Assembly (NCBI GenBank): GCA_002269645.1
Contig: NIVC01000585.1
Span: 1-64,000, forward strand
Length of the DNA stretch: 64,000 nt
Source of the DNA: Macrostomum lignano
Lineage: Eukaryota
Reading direction: 5' to 3'
Under the pieces are notes generated by a model that saw only the letters and a program-made list of their open reading frames with translations, was not told the origin of the DNA and made no database searches. Both the position numbers and the translations under genes were made by a program. Shown here piece after piece: positions 10,799-22,830 of this stretch; the stretch's first letter is position 1; each line of letters opens with the position of its first letter.

Positions 10799-13700
10799 TC
10801 ACACAGCTTGGTCATACTCACACAGCTTGGTCATACTCAGACAGCTTAGTCATACTCACACAGCTTGGTCATACTCACACAGCTTGGTCATACTCACACA
10901 GCTTGGTCATACTCAGACAGCTTAGTCATACTCACACAGCTTGGTCATACTCACACAGCTTGGTCGTACTCACACAGCTTGGTCATACTCATACAGCTTG
11001 GTCATACTCACACAGCTTGGTCATACTCATACAGCTTGGTCATACTCACACAGCTTGGTCATACTCACACAGCTTGGTCATACTCGTACAGCTTGGTCAT
11101 ACTCATACAGCTTGGTCATACTCACACAGCTTGGTCATACTCGTACAGCTTGGTCATACTCATACAGCTTGGTCATACTCACACAGCTTGGTCATACTCA
11201 CACAGCTTGGTCATACTCATACAGCTTGGTCATACTCACACAGCTTGGTCATACTCACACAGCTTGGTCATACTCATACAGCTTGGTCATACTCACACAG
11301 CTTGGTCATACTCATACAGCTTGGTCATACTCACACAGCTTGGTCATACTCACACAGCTTGGTCATACTCACACAGCTTGGTCATACTCATACAGCTTGG
11401 TCATACTCACACAGCTTGGTCATACTCATACAGCTTGGTCATACTCATACAGCTTGGTCATACTCACACAGCTTGAATTGGTCGTACTCACACAGCTTGG
11501 TCATACTCACACAGCTTGGTCATACTCGTACAGCTTGGTCATACTCATACAGCTTGGTCATACTCACACAGCTTGGTCATACTCATACAGCTTGGTCATA
11601 CTCACACAGCTTGGTCATACTCGTACAGCTTGGTCATACTCACACAGCTTGGTCATACTCACACAGCTTGGTCATACTCATACAGCTTGGTCATACTCAC
11701 ACAGCTTGGTCATACTCACACAGCTTGGTCATACTCATACAGCTTGGTCATACTCACACAGCTTGAATTGGTCGTACTCACACAGCTTGGTCATACTCAC
11801 ACAGCTTGGTCATACTCATACAGCTTGGTCATACTCACACAGCTTGAATTGGTCGTACTCACACAGCTTGGTCATACTCACACAGCTTGGTCATACTCAC
11901 ACAGCTTAGTCATACTCATACAGCTTGGTCATACTCATACAGCTTGGTCATACTCACACAGCTTGAATTGGTCGTGCTCACACAGCTTGGTCATACTCAC
12001 ACAGCTTGGTCATACTCACACAGCTTGGTCATACTCACACAGCTTGGTCATACTCACACAGCTTGGTCATACTCATACAGCTTGGTCATACTCATACAGC
12101 TTGGTCATACTCACACAGCTTGGTCATACTCACACAGCTTGGTCATACTCACACAGCTTGGTCATACTCACACAGCTTGGTCATACTTATACAGCTTGGT
12201 CATACTCATACAGCTTGGTCATACTCACACAGCTTGAATTGGTCGTACTCACACAGCTTGGTCATACTCACACAGCTTGGTCATACTCGTACAGCTTGGT
12301 CATACTCATACAGCTTGGTCATAATCACACAGCTTGGTCATACTCATACAGCTTGGTCATACTCATACAGCTTGGTCATACTCACACAGCTTGGTCATAC
12401 TCACACAGCTTGGTCATACTCGTACAGCTTGGTCATACTCATACAGCTTGGTCATACTCATACAGCTTGGTCATACTCACACAGCTTGGTCATACTCACA
12501 CAGCTTGGTCATACTCATACAGCTTGGTCATACTCACACAGCTTGGTCATACTCATACAGCTTGGTCATACTCACACAGCTTGGTCATACTCATACAGCT
12601 TGGTCATAGTCATACAGCTTGGTCATACTCACACAGCTTGGTCATACTCACACAGCTTGGTCATACTCATACAGCTTGGTCATACTCACACAGCTTGGTC
12701 ATACTCACACAGCTTGGTCATACTCATACAGCTTGGTCATACTCATACAGCTTGGTCATACTCACACAGCTTGGTCATACTCATACAGCTTGGTCATACT
12801 CACACAGCTTGGTCATACTCATACAGCTTGGTCATACTCACACAGCTTGAATTGGTCGTACTCACACAGCTTGGTCATACTCACACAGCTTGGTCATACT
12901 CACACAGCTTGGTCATACTCATACAGCTTGGTCATACTCATACAGCTTGGTCATACTCACACAGCTTGGTCATACTCATACAGCTTGAATTGGTCGTACT
13001 CACACAGCTTGGTCATACTCACACAGCTTGGTCATACTCACACAGCTTGGTCATACTCACACAGCTTGGTCATACTTATACAGCTTGGTCATACTCATAC
13101 AGCTTGGTCATACTCACACAGCTTGAATTGGTCGTACTCACACAGCTTGGTCATACTCATACAGCTTGGTCATACTCACACAGCTTGGTCATACTCACAC
13201 AGCTTGGTCATACTCATACAGCTTGGTCATACTCGTACAGCTTGGTCATACTCATACAGCTTGGTCATACTCATACAGCTTGGTCATACTCACACAGCTT
13301 GGTCATACTCACACAGCTTGGTCATACTCATACAGCTTGGTCATACTCACACAGCTTGGTCATACTCATACAGCTTGGTCATACTCACACAGCTTGGTCA
13401 TACTCATACAGCTTGGTCATAGTCATACAGCTTGGTCATACTCACACAGCTTGGTCATACTCACACAGCTTGGTCATACTCATACAGCTTGGTCATACTC
13501 ACACAGCTTGGTCATACTCACACAGCTTGGTCATACTCATACAGCTTGGTCATACTCATACAGCTTGGTCATACTCACACAGCTTGGTCATACTCATACA
13601 GCTTGGTCATACTCACACAGCTTGGTCATACTCATACAGCTTGGTCATACTCACACAGCTTGAATTGGTCGTACTCACACAGCTTGGTCATACTCACACA

Positions 13701-15498
13701 GCTTGGTCATACTCACACAGCTTGGTCATACTCATACAGCTTGGTCATACTCATACAGCTTGGTCATACTCACACAGCTTGGTCATACTCATACAGCTTG
13801 AATTGGTCGTACTCACACAGCTTGGTCATACTCACACAGCTTGGTCATACTCACACAGCTTGGTCATACTCACACAGCTTGGTCATACTCATACAGCTTG
13901 GTCATACTCATACAGCTTGGTCATACTCACACAGCTTGGTCATACTCACACAGCTTGGTCATACTCATACAGCTTGGTCATACTTATACAGCTTGGTCAT
14001 ACTCATACAGCTTGGTCATACTCACACAGCTTGAATTGGTCGTACTCACACAGCTTGGTCATACTCACACAGCTTGGTCATACTCGTACAGCTTGGTCAT
14101 ACTCATACAGCTTGGTCATACTCACACAGCTTGGTCATACTCATACAGCTTGGTCATACTCACACAGCTTGGTCATACTCACACAGCTTGGTCATACTCA
14201 TACAGCTTGGTCATACTCACACAGCTTGGTCATACTCATACAGCTTGGTCATAGTCATACAGCTTGGTCATACTCACACAGCTTGGTCATACTCATACAG
14301 CTTGGTCATACTCACACAGCTTGGTCATACTCACACAGCTTGGTCATACTCATACAGCTTGGTCATACTCATACAGCTTGGTCATACTCACACAGCTTGG
14401 TCATACTCATACAGCTTGGTCATACTCACACAGCTTGGTCATACTCATACAGCTTGGTCATAGTCATACAGCTTGGTCATACTCACACAGCTTGGTCATA
14501 CTCACACAGCTTGGTCATACTCATACAGCTTGGTCATACTCACACAGCTTGGTCATACTCACACAGCTTGGTCATACTCATACAGCTTGGTCATACTCAT
14601 ACAGCTTGGTCATACTCACACAGCTTGGTCATACTCATACAGCTTGGTCATACTCACACAGCTTGGTCATACTCATACAGCTTGGTCATACTCACACAGC
14701 TTGAATTGGTCGTACTCACACAGCTTGGTCATACTCACACAGCTTGGTCATACTCACACAGCTTGGTCATACTCATACAGCTTGGTCATACTCATACAGC
14801 TTGGTCATACTCACACAGCTTGGTCATACTCATACAGCTTGAATTGGTCGTACTCACACAGCTTGGTCATACTCACACAGCTTGAATTGGTCGTACTCAC
14901 ACAGCTTGGTCATACTCACACAGCTTGGTCATACTCATACAGCTTGGTCATACTCATACAGCTTGGTCATACTCACACAGCTTGGTCATACTCACACAGC
15001 TTGGTCATACTCATACAGCTTGGTCATACTTATACAGCTTGGTCATACTCATACAGCTTGGTCATACTCACACAGCTTGAATTGGTCGTACTCACACAGC
15101 TTGGTCATACTCACACAGCTTGGTCATACTCGTACAGCTTGGTCATACTCATACAGCTTGGTCATACTCACACAGCTTGGTCATACTCATACAGCTTGGT
15201 CATACTCATACAGCTTGGTCATACTCACACAGCTTGGTCATACTCATACAGCTTGGTCATACTCATACAGCTTGGTCATACTCACACAGCTTGGTCATAC
15301 TCACACAGCTTGGTCATACTCACACAGCTTGGTCATACTCACACAGCTTGGTCATACTCATACAGCTTGGTCATACTCACACAGCTTGGTCATACTCATA
15401 CAGCTTGGTCATACTCATACAGCTTGGTCATACTCACACAGCTTGGTCATACTCATACAGCTTGGTCATACTCGTACAGCTTGGTCATACTCATACAG
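10799..15498. repeat. 19-bp satellite GGTCATACTCA(C/T)ACAGCTT, about 4.7 kb (roughly 245 units), with 23-bp GAATTGGTCG variants
   Basis: Continuous tandem array read directly; it produces the many spurious VILTQLGHTHTAWSYS ORFs. Confidence 0.99.
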
Positions 15499-16120
15499 AG
15501 ATTAGATTTTTTGAAAAACATGTTTTTTGCAAAGGTCAAGCAGCATTTTTGACTACATGTGTATGAATGCATTTTGTGATCATCGTGGAGCAATCGGTCG
15601 TTTGGTCGATTACCGGTGCGCCAAATTCAGATATTTTTGCCGTAGATCGACTTGAGAAATCCCTCCCGTTTGATTTGAGACTTCATGTTACAGCTAAAAC
15701 ATATATCATGTAGCGATATACATGTAGTACGTTCCTTACTAAAATGTTTCTGCGGGTGAAAATTTAATTTTATCAACAGCAGAAAAGTATTGCTCTAGCA
15801 ATAACTAGCTATAGTAAAACTGACCAACTGCAATCAATTTTGCCCGCGGAAAAATATCACTTATAATTTAGCTGTCTAGGCCAAGTCTGCTCAGTCATGA
15901 CCAGAGTTTCAGCCACAGACAACTCTTTGAAAACTGCAATCAATTTTGCCAAAACGTGGAGTACCTGAAGCGTGGAGTAGCGACCAGAAGAAAAGACTGC
16001 GTCTGCGCGACGGACTAAGAGATGTACATTATAAGCACCTGGCAAAAATGAATAAAGAACTTTGCTCCAACCCTCAACGCGCAATGTGCCATTCTAGCGA
16101 GTCATTGTGCGAGCTGGTCT

Positions 16121-16322
16121 GTGTTGATCCTACGCACACGTGTTGATCCTACGCACACGTGTTGATCCTACGCACACGTGTTGATCCTACGCACACGTGT
16201 TGATCCTTCGCACACGTGTTGATCCTACGCACACGTGTTGATCCTACGCACACGTGTTGATCCTACTCACACGTGTTGATCCTACGCACACGTGTTGATC
16301 CTACGCACACGTGTTGATCCTA
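16121..16322. repeat. 19-bp tandem repeat GTGTTGATCCTACGCACAC, about 10.5 copies
   Basis: Direct inspection; unit junctions form CACGTG. Confidence 0.97.
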
Positions 16323-17169
16323 TGCCAAAAAATGGCACAGCTCGGCTCATTGGTTTTATAAATTTATTTTATCATTCTTAGCCTACTGTGTAACTGAATT
16401 TTCAAGCATTGGAATTTTTCGGTAAATCTGCCTCTTAAAATTTTCCAAGTGTTGTTTTCCGTCAGCTTCTACTTGAGTGGCAAAAAGTCGGCTGAATATT
16501 GCGGCTTTAGCATGCGCCGACAGCAGAAACTGAAAGGCAGCTGAGCACACAATTATATATCCCGCTCGTCTAAAAAAACCTCCAGAAATTCCCTGGCAGG
16601 AAAAAAGACGAGCGGCTGTGGACAGAGGAGTGCATTCAGTGTTTATTAGTTTATAGTCGGAACTGAGACCTGTTTGAGTTGCATTGAGTGCAGTGTCAGT
16701 AGCAGTGAAAGATTCGAGACTCAGTTTAAAAAGAGCAGTTGAGTTCGATCGAATTTCAGAAGAAAACAGCAAAAAAATTATTGAATAAAATTGGCTTTCA
16801 AGTAGTAATGAGAAGTAAGTGAGAAGTTAGATTAAGAGTTACTTATTAACTCTGAAGCCTTACATTACTATTAATAATCTTATTACCAGTAGTATAATGC
16901 GAATATTCTTGAATTAACTATTCTGTAACATCAGATATTGAAATTTTGAAATAACAGATAGAGTTTATTGGGAAAAGAATGAAACTGTGGGAATTCGTTA
17001 ATTTCAAAATAGGGAATTTAAAATCAAACCCTACCCCGACTACTGTGCCAGTAACTAAGAATCTCTTCACCTGCTGTAGCCTACTAATCACTACCATTAC
17101 AGCTTCTAGGACACCTAAGCCTTCTGTCCCAGAAGATAAGCACCAGTTCAACCAGCTGTTGCAGTGGCA

Positions 17170-18623
17170 TCAGGCGCCCGAGTCGCAGGCGGCCGACTCC
17201 AGCAGGACGGACACGAAGCCGTGGTCGCCGGTCCAGTTGCCGCCGAAGACGCAGCCGCCCCAGCAGAAGGAGCCGCCGCCGCCGCCGCTCTGGCCGTAGC
17301 CCAGTCCGGCTCCGCCGCCGCTGAAGCCGCCGCCTGCCCCAGCGGTGCCTTTCACTGAGCTGGTCCTGCTGCCGCCTCCGCCGCCTCCGCCGAAGCCGCC
17401 ATCGCAGACGCTGCCGTCTCCGGCGTTGCCGCCAACCCAGCGATCGGCCAGACTGCCGCCTCTCTCTCCATCCACGGAGCTCCGTCTGGGGCTGACGGCC
17501 CTGCCAAGCCAGCCGGCGCCGCAGCCGCCGTGGTTACTTTCGCTTGGGGTGCTAGCGGGGTTGTTGGAGCCCGGCTGACCGTTGGTGCCGCCGAAGCCCG
17601 TGTGTTCGACATTCCCCACACTGTCCGAACCGTTGACCCCAGTCTCTCCCGGTCTTCCTAAGGTTGAAATCAATCAAACTGCTGATCCGAGTGGTTGTCT
17701 AGTTTCATAATTTATCATTTTCAAGCATCTGCAGCTACCGAGCTCACCATCTTTATTGAAGCAAGCCCCGCCGCCTCCGCCGGCAGCCAGCAGCAACAGC
17801 TGGTCGCCCATCCGGTACACAAAGCTGCCTCCGCCTCCGCCTCCTCCTTCAAACTCGAGGGGGGTCGAGCCGCCCATCTGGCCCACAACGATGCTCAGCT
17901 GGGTGCCGGCTGTCAGGTTGACCCTGGCACTCACCTGAGCTCCCTGACCTCCGGATGTGTTCGTCAGTAAGTTTCCGCCACCTCTGGCGCCGGCAGCTTT
18001 GATCAGGTAGCAGCCGGTTGTGTTGATGAGGACGCTTTGGATTGAGCCGTTTCTGCCTGTGCTGCTGTCTGCAATGGGACAGCGTCAACGAGGTACAAAA
18101 TTGGAGTGAGTGCACGACAATGTATTGATGACTCACTCAGAAGCTGCACTGCAGGCAAAGGCCAGTCGCTGTCATCCGCCTTCCACACCTTCGCACCGAC
18201 CTGAGAACCGATGACTTGCTGCACCTGATTTGTTGAGATTGACAGCTTGGCGGTTGCTATGGTGACCAACTCGCACGTAGCATTGCTCTCCACCGAGACG
18301 GCAGCGCTGCAGCTCACCCTCTGGCACCTTTTTAGACAATCGGTTACATCAGTCGCCTCGGTTATTGTCGTGACGTTGTTGTAGTCGTTCAGAATGGCTT
18401 CCAGCATCTGCAGCTGCTGCTCTGAGCACGAAGAATAGATCCGCAAACTGGTGCCTTGTGCTCGAAGCACGAGAGAGCAGCAAACTGCGTTGGAGCAATG
18501 CGCGGTCAATGATAAATAGCAAATGCATTGAATAACTTTGAGCAGCGGTATTCAAATCAGAGTGGGAGCTGTCCACTTACCGAATAAGGAAAGTAATTTT
18601 AAAGACAAAAATGTATCAATCAT
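17170..18623 (-). CDS. Secreted protein: signal peptide + PAN/Apple-like module + ALK/LTK-type glycine-rich domain, about 416 aa
   Basis: Exons (minus) 18623-18581, 18535-18137, 18068-17748, 17657-17170. The three GT-AG introns (45, 68, 90 bp) are all phase 1 and join in frame (1251 nt). Motifs: MIDTFLSLKLLSLFVIQCICYLSL; DCLKRCQRVSC..CEL; IQSVLINTTGCYLIKAAGARGG, SARVNLTAGTQLSIVVGQ, GGGGGSFV, LLLAAGGGGG, GGFGGGGGG, GAGGGFSGG, GGGGGSF. Exon 1 is the least certain. Confidence 0.8.
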
Positions 18624-19421
18624 GGTTCCAGCGGGAGCTTTGATTGTCAGGCTTCAATTTCTTGCGATTCTTCTTGCACAAAAGGCTTGAGAGACAGCTA
18701 GTTTACCTGTCTTTTCACAACTGAAATCCTAAATAAATTACTCATATGTCAGAGTGCGTTTGCTTCTACTTGTTTCTGGGAGCTGCTTCAGAAAAGACGC
18801 TTGCTAGAGAGATGTGAAAGAAAGTCTGAGCAGAGGCCGCCGTTTTGCAGCCAATCCCAGACACCTGTCCTCGTGGCTCAAGATTTTTGTCTATCGATGA
18901 TTCTTGAGCTTGTACTGCTGGAGTTCCTCGGACTCCTGAACACGGTACAAGCGCGCGAGTACTGTACGCAGGCACAAACTCATGTGTACAGCGGCCCTGA
19001 CTTTCCAATGGCCAGGCATGTACAATCGCTGTGGTTTGAGGCTTGGCCTTGGTTGTAATTGGTTGTGCCCAAGTCCCAAATTAATGTGACTGCGAGCGGA
19101 ATCGAACCAGGGTTCGTGGCGGGGTTCGTCGCGCGAGAGCCAGAGCTACTCATTGAAATAAAAACTTAGCATACCTAATTAACTAACATCTAGAAGGGCT
19201 GGAATCTCCCAATACGATTGCTCTTAATACGATCTCTTTCCATTATCGATTTTCAATACGCATTCTTCATTTAATCTTCTAATCTCATTTAATTTTCTAC
19301 TCAAAGACCAGCTGATCCCCACAGCTTTGAACCGTCAGTGCAGGGTCCGCAACCGCTTAAAAAAGTAATCTACATTAAAATTTTTCCAGTTTTGTCGCCA
19401 GGTTCCTACTTATACATGTAC

Positions 19422-20128
19422 AATAACAACACAACAACAAAATACGCTGTCAAGATGGCAAAAGTCAGCGTCACAGGGCGCGCTTCATGGCTTGGGCGCG
19501 AACAAAGGCCGCGCCACCGGCAGTGTCCGGGGCGCCGGCGTCAGCCATCAGACAGTCGACGGAACGCCGAGTTCGCGCTTGACCTCGCCGGTAGGGTGCC
19601 TGCAGCGTGAGCAGCAGCACCCCCTGCACCGGCTGTGGGCAGTACGACTCGGCGCGGATGAGATGGCCTGCGAGCTGGAGTCGCTGACGGCGCAGTAGAT
19701 CGCTTGGACGTGGCAGGCCAGCGCGGCGATAGAGTGCCGCGTTGGTGACTCGCTCGACGCCGATGTTGAAGGCGGCGCGCAGCAGGCGAGTGTGCCCCGC
19801 ATCGACTTGCTGTTCGAGTGAGTCCGTCAGCGTGTAGGTCTCGGCGTTGTAGAGCAGGACGGTCTCGATTACCGCCTGGAACAGCGCCGCCCTCTGGCGG
19901 TCCGGTAGGGCCTCGGACTGCGGACTGCCCTCACAGAACGAAAGGCAGCCCAGGTAAGCCCGCGGCGGCGTCGCAGGTCCTCGCGAGCGTCTGGAACCAG
20001 ACCGCCGAGGTAGACGAACTGCTGACATCGCGGGAGCTCGGTCGCCTGCCCGTCAGCACCTCGACGGAATATTGCAGCCTCGATGTCGTCCGGCACGCAG
20101 AGCACAACAGTCTTCTGCGTGTTGACAT
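19422..20128 (-). mobile_element. 5'-truncated non-LTR retrotransposon (RTE-like RT C-terminus) with (TTG)n tail
   Basis: Translation VNTQKT...FVYLGG...AALFQAVIETVLLYNAETYTLT...RLLRAAFNI...LQLAGHLIR...RRGQARTRR; 1-bp frameshift near 19920; (ACA)n tail at 19422-19440 on plus; TSD ATGTAC at 19416-19421 and 20129-20134. Confidence 0.85.
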
Positions 20129-21489
20129 ATGTACCACCAACTTTACCCAGTGTACAAAATCCAAGTCAAGAACCACTGTATATAAGGCACTTAAAGCCCG
20201 CTGGTTTCAAAGTCATGAATTACGACAGCTACAATAACTTTGCTGAATTTATTAGTGAGTTACTGAAAAGTCCCATGACTTGAAGATCTCTAAGTATCAA
20301 CATTGGTTTGCGATTTTACGACCCGGCTTCGCACTGCAAGACTATTGAAACGAACTGCGACAAGGTATTAAATAGTGTCAAGATTTCTGAGGTTAGTACG
20401 CCATTCGGCATGGTTAAAGGCAATTGTGAGGTAAACAGCACAATGTTCATAAAATGTACACAAAACACGAGGAACGTGAGCTGAGCCACTATGCACGAGC
20501 TGCACGGGTGCTGGTGCTAGGCGAGCTTTAATGTGAGTTGAGGGCTTCAGTGTTGACTGCAGGCCTTGCTGGTCTGAAGAAAAAAACAAAATAAAAAGAC
20601 AATTAATAAGCATGTGATTCCTGCTCTGAAAAAGAAGTCGATATTTCCGGTGGAGAAGCCAAATAATATCGATTTTTTTCATCCAAGTTCCGGACCTCCG
20701 CTTTGTGCCTGTTTGGTCTTGAACTCACTGCATTGAAGCCCAAATATGGTCAAATGCTTTTCTGCTGAACCACCCCCGCACTTTCCTTTGTTTTACAAAG
20801 CGCGGCGATGAAGTGTTTGGTAGCTGCGGTAGCTGTCAAAAAAAGGTCTCGAGTCCATTCGGCCCTCTGGTTTTTGCTGAAGCCCATGAGGAGAGAGGAA
20901 GGAAAGAGCTGGCGTTAACAAAACTGCCTTTGCTTTGTCAAATATTTTACCGAAGCAAAATCGATTTTTTCAGAAAAAATCGCTACTCTGCACCTGTAGG
21001 GCTTCCTTGACTTCAGGACGGTGGGGATGTGACGCTGAATAATACAACCAAAATTTACTCCTTTGTCCACGTTTCCCTCTGTTGCTGCAATTCTCTTGTT
21101 AAACTCACCAACAGCCTCCTCGCGCTGTGATTCTTGCTACCAGCTACCTGGCTACATTTTGCAGGACTAGCATACAATTTGAAGCTTAGATAGAGTCCGC
21201 GCGAAGACGCGTAGTGTTAATTACCGGCACAAAAGAATATTTCCGACGTACCACTGGTACATCCATTTGCCCCAGGAGCGAACTTCAACTTCAGCTGCTT
21301 GTGACATTCATGCATGCACGGGTTGGGTTGTGGAGGTTTTTGGTCGGCCCATGAGTTTGCATCCGGTTGGGACCATATATTCATTTAGAATAAGAGTAAC
21401 GTTTTCCAACGGAAAAGAAACTGAAAACCTGCAGCACTGCAGTCGAGGCAGTTGCGTCGGAGGCTTATAAACTAAAAGCTTTTTCTGCA

Positions 21490-22830
21490 CCTCATACTCC
21501 AGTACACCAAATACGAGCTACTTAGGCGACCCTCAATGACCCAGGATCCCAACAGAAAGCAGCCCTACTCAATTGAGAGCTCGTGCTGTCGAAGAGTCAA
21601 AACTGGGATTCAGGAGCCAGACTGCAGACACAGCAGCACCCTGCCGATCGAGATGCACATCAGTCAGCGTCTTCTGTGCGATGATTTTGACAGTCGGAGC
21701 TGAGCCCGACCTCTTCCTCGATGAGCAGGGAGTTCACGGCTGACTTTTTGATGAACTGATCACTGAGGGGAAGGCGAGAGAGCGAGTCACAGTTGCCGTG
21801 CCTCGCCGTCGGTTTGAGCTCCAGGCTGTAGTCGGACTTGAAAAGCCGAATGGCACAGCGCTGCACTGCGTTGCAGTGCGGGATGCAGCATGTCCTGGGA
21901 TGGCCTTGCGCTCTCGCAGCAGACCAAGGAGTGGCTGGTGGTCAGTGACGATGACAAGCCGAACATAATGGCCAGAGCCTCTTTGTCCGGCTGAGAGTAG
22001 TTACGCTGTGCCGGCGCCACGCTGCGGCTTGCGAAGGCGATGGCTTGATCTTGGGTGCCAAGATCAATCTCCGAGTACAGTGACATCTCTGGATTGTAGT
22101 GCTGGGCTCTTCGTCAGCAGCTGGTTCATCGGTCCACGGTTGACAGGTGCGGCGTGAAATTCGAGTAATGGGTCAGCATGCCCTGCAGGTAGGCCCGCGG
22201 CTGGCTTTGTCTTTTAGGAACAGGCGCGTTCTGCACAGCTGTGACCTCGTCAGGCAGGGTCTGTGCGTTGCTTCGATGACCGAGATACTTCACAAAGTCT
22301 TGGAAGAACAGGTACTTGGCCCTGTTTAGTCGAAGGCCAGCCAGCGTCCTGAAGACCCTACAGCACTCTGGTCAAATTCTAGTCTTGCCCGTGACAAGAA
22401 TATTTGTTCATCTGCTCCTCTGCCAAGCCTGGCGAAGTTGTCTCAAATAGTGCTCTGGCGACGTTCTGGTCGCCTTATACATGTAGTTGATGCAGATGCG
22501 AATCTCAAAACCGGGACGATTGGAGCAGCCCAGTTTGAATGCTTTATCGGCGGGATGATGGCCCCGGCCTCGAGTCTTCTCAGCTCCTCGTCCTCACGCT
22601 CCCTCCGCGGGTACGGCACTGATCTGGATTTGAAGAATCGTGGCGTGTCCTGCTCGTCCACCTACAGCTTGACTTCGCCGTGGCGATAGCTCCTCAGTCC
22701 GTCGACAAAGATGTCAGAGAACTGCTGCATCGGGTCGGTGGTTGCGGAGCTGGAGCTGACCAAGTTGACCTGAGCCACTTTGTCCAGCCATACTCGAGCC
22801 GGTGCTGAATGTGGCCATGCACCTTGGTGG
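21490..22830 (-). mobile_element. Heavily degraded Ty3/gypsy pol remnant (RT, RNase H, connection)
   Basis: Fragments in several frames: PRFFKSRSVPY..EELRRLEAGAIIPPIKHSNWAAPIVPV; GLRLNRAKYLF; IAFASRSVAPAQRNYSQPDKEALAIMFG; LQRCAIRL..HGNCDSLSRLPL; ELSIE*GC. No LTRs recognised. Confidence 0.85.

Noticed and set aside
10865-15566. Many long plus-strand ORFs (up to 959 aa) of VILTQLGHTHTAWSYS
   Set aside because: Translations of the 19-bp satellite, which lacks plus-strand stops by chance. Three overlapping frames give the same peptide, and there is no unique coding sequence or splice context.
10799-16322. Regular short repeats resembling a CRISPR array
   Set aside because: Units abut with no unique spacers, there are no cas genes, and the context is eukaryotic.
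19095-19150. B-box-like GGTTCGATTCCG on the minus strand
   Set aside because: No convincing A-box or cloverleaf; not enough to call a tRNA or SINE.
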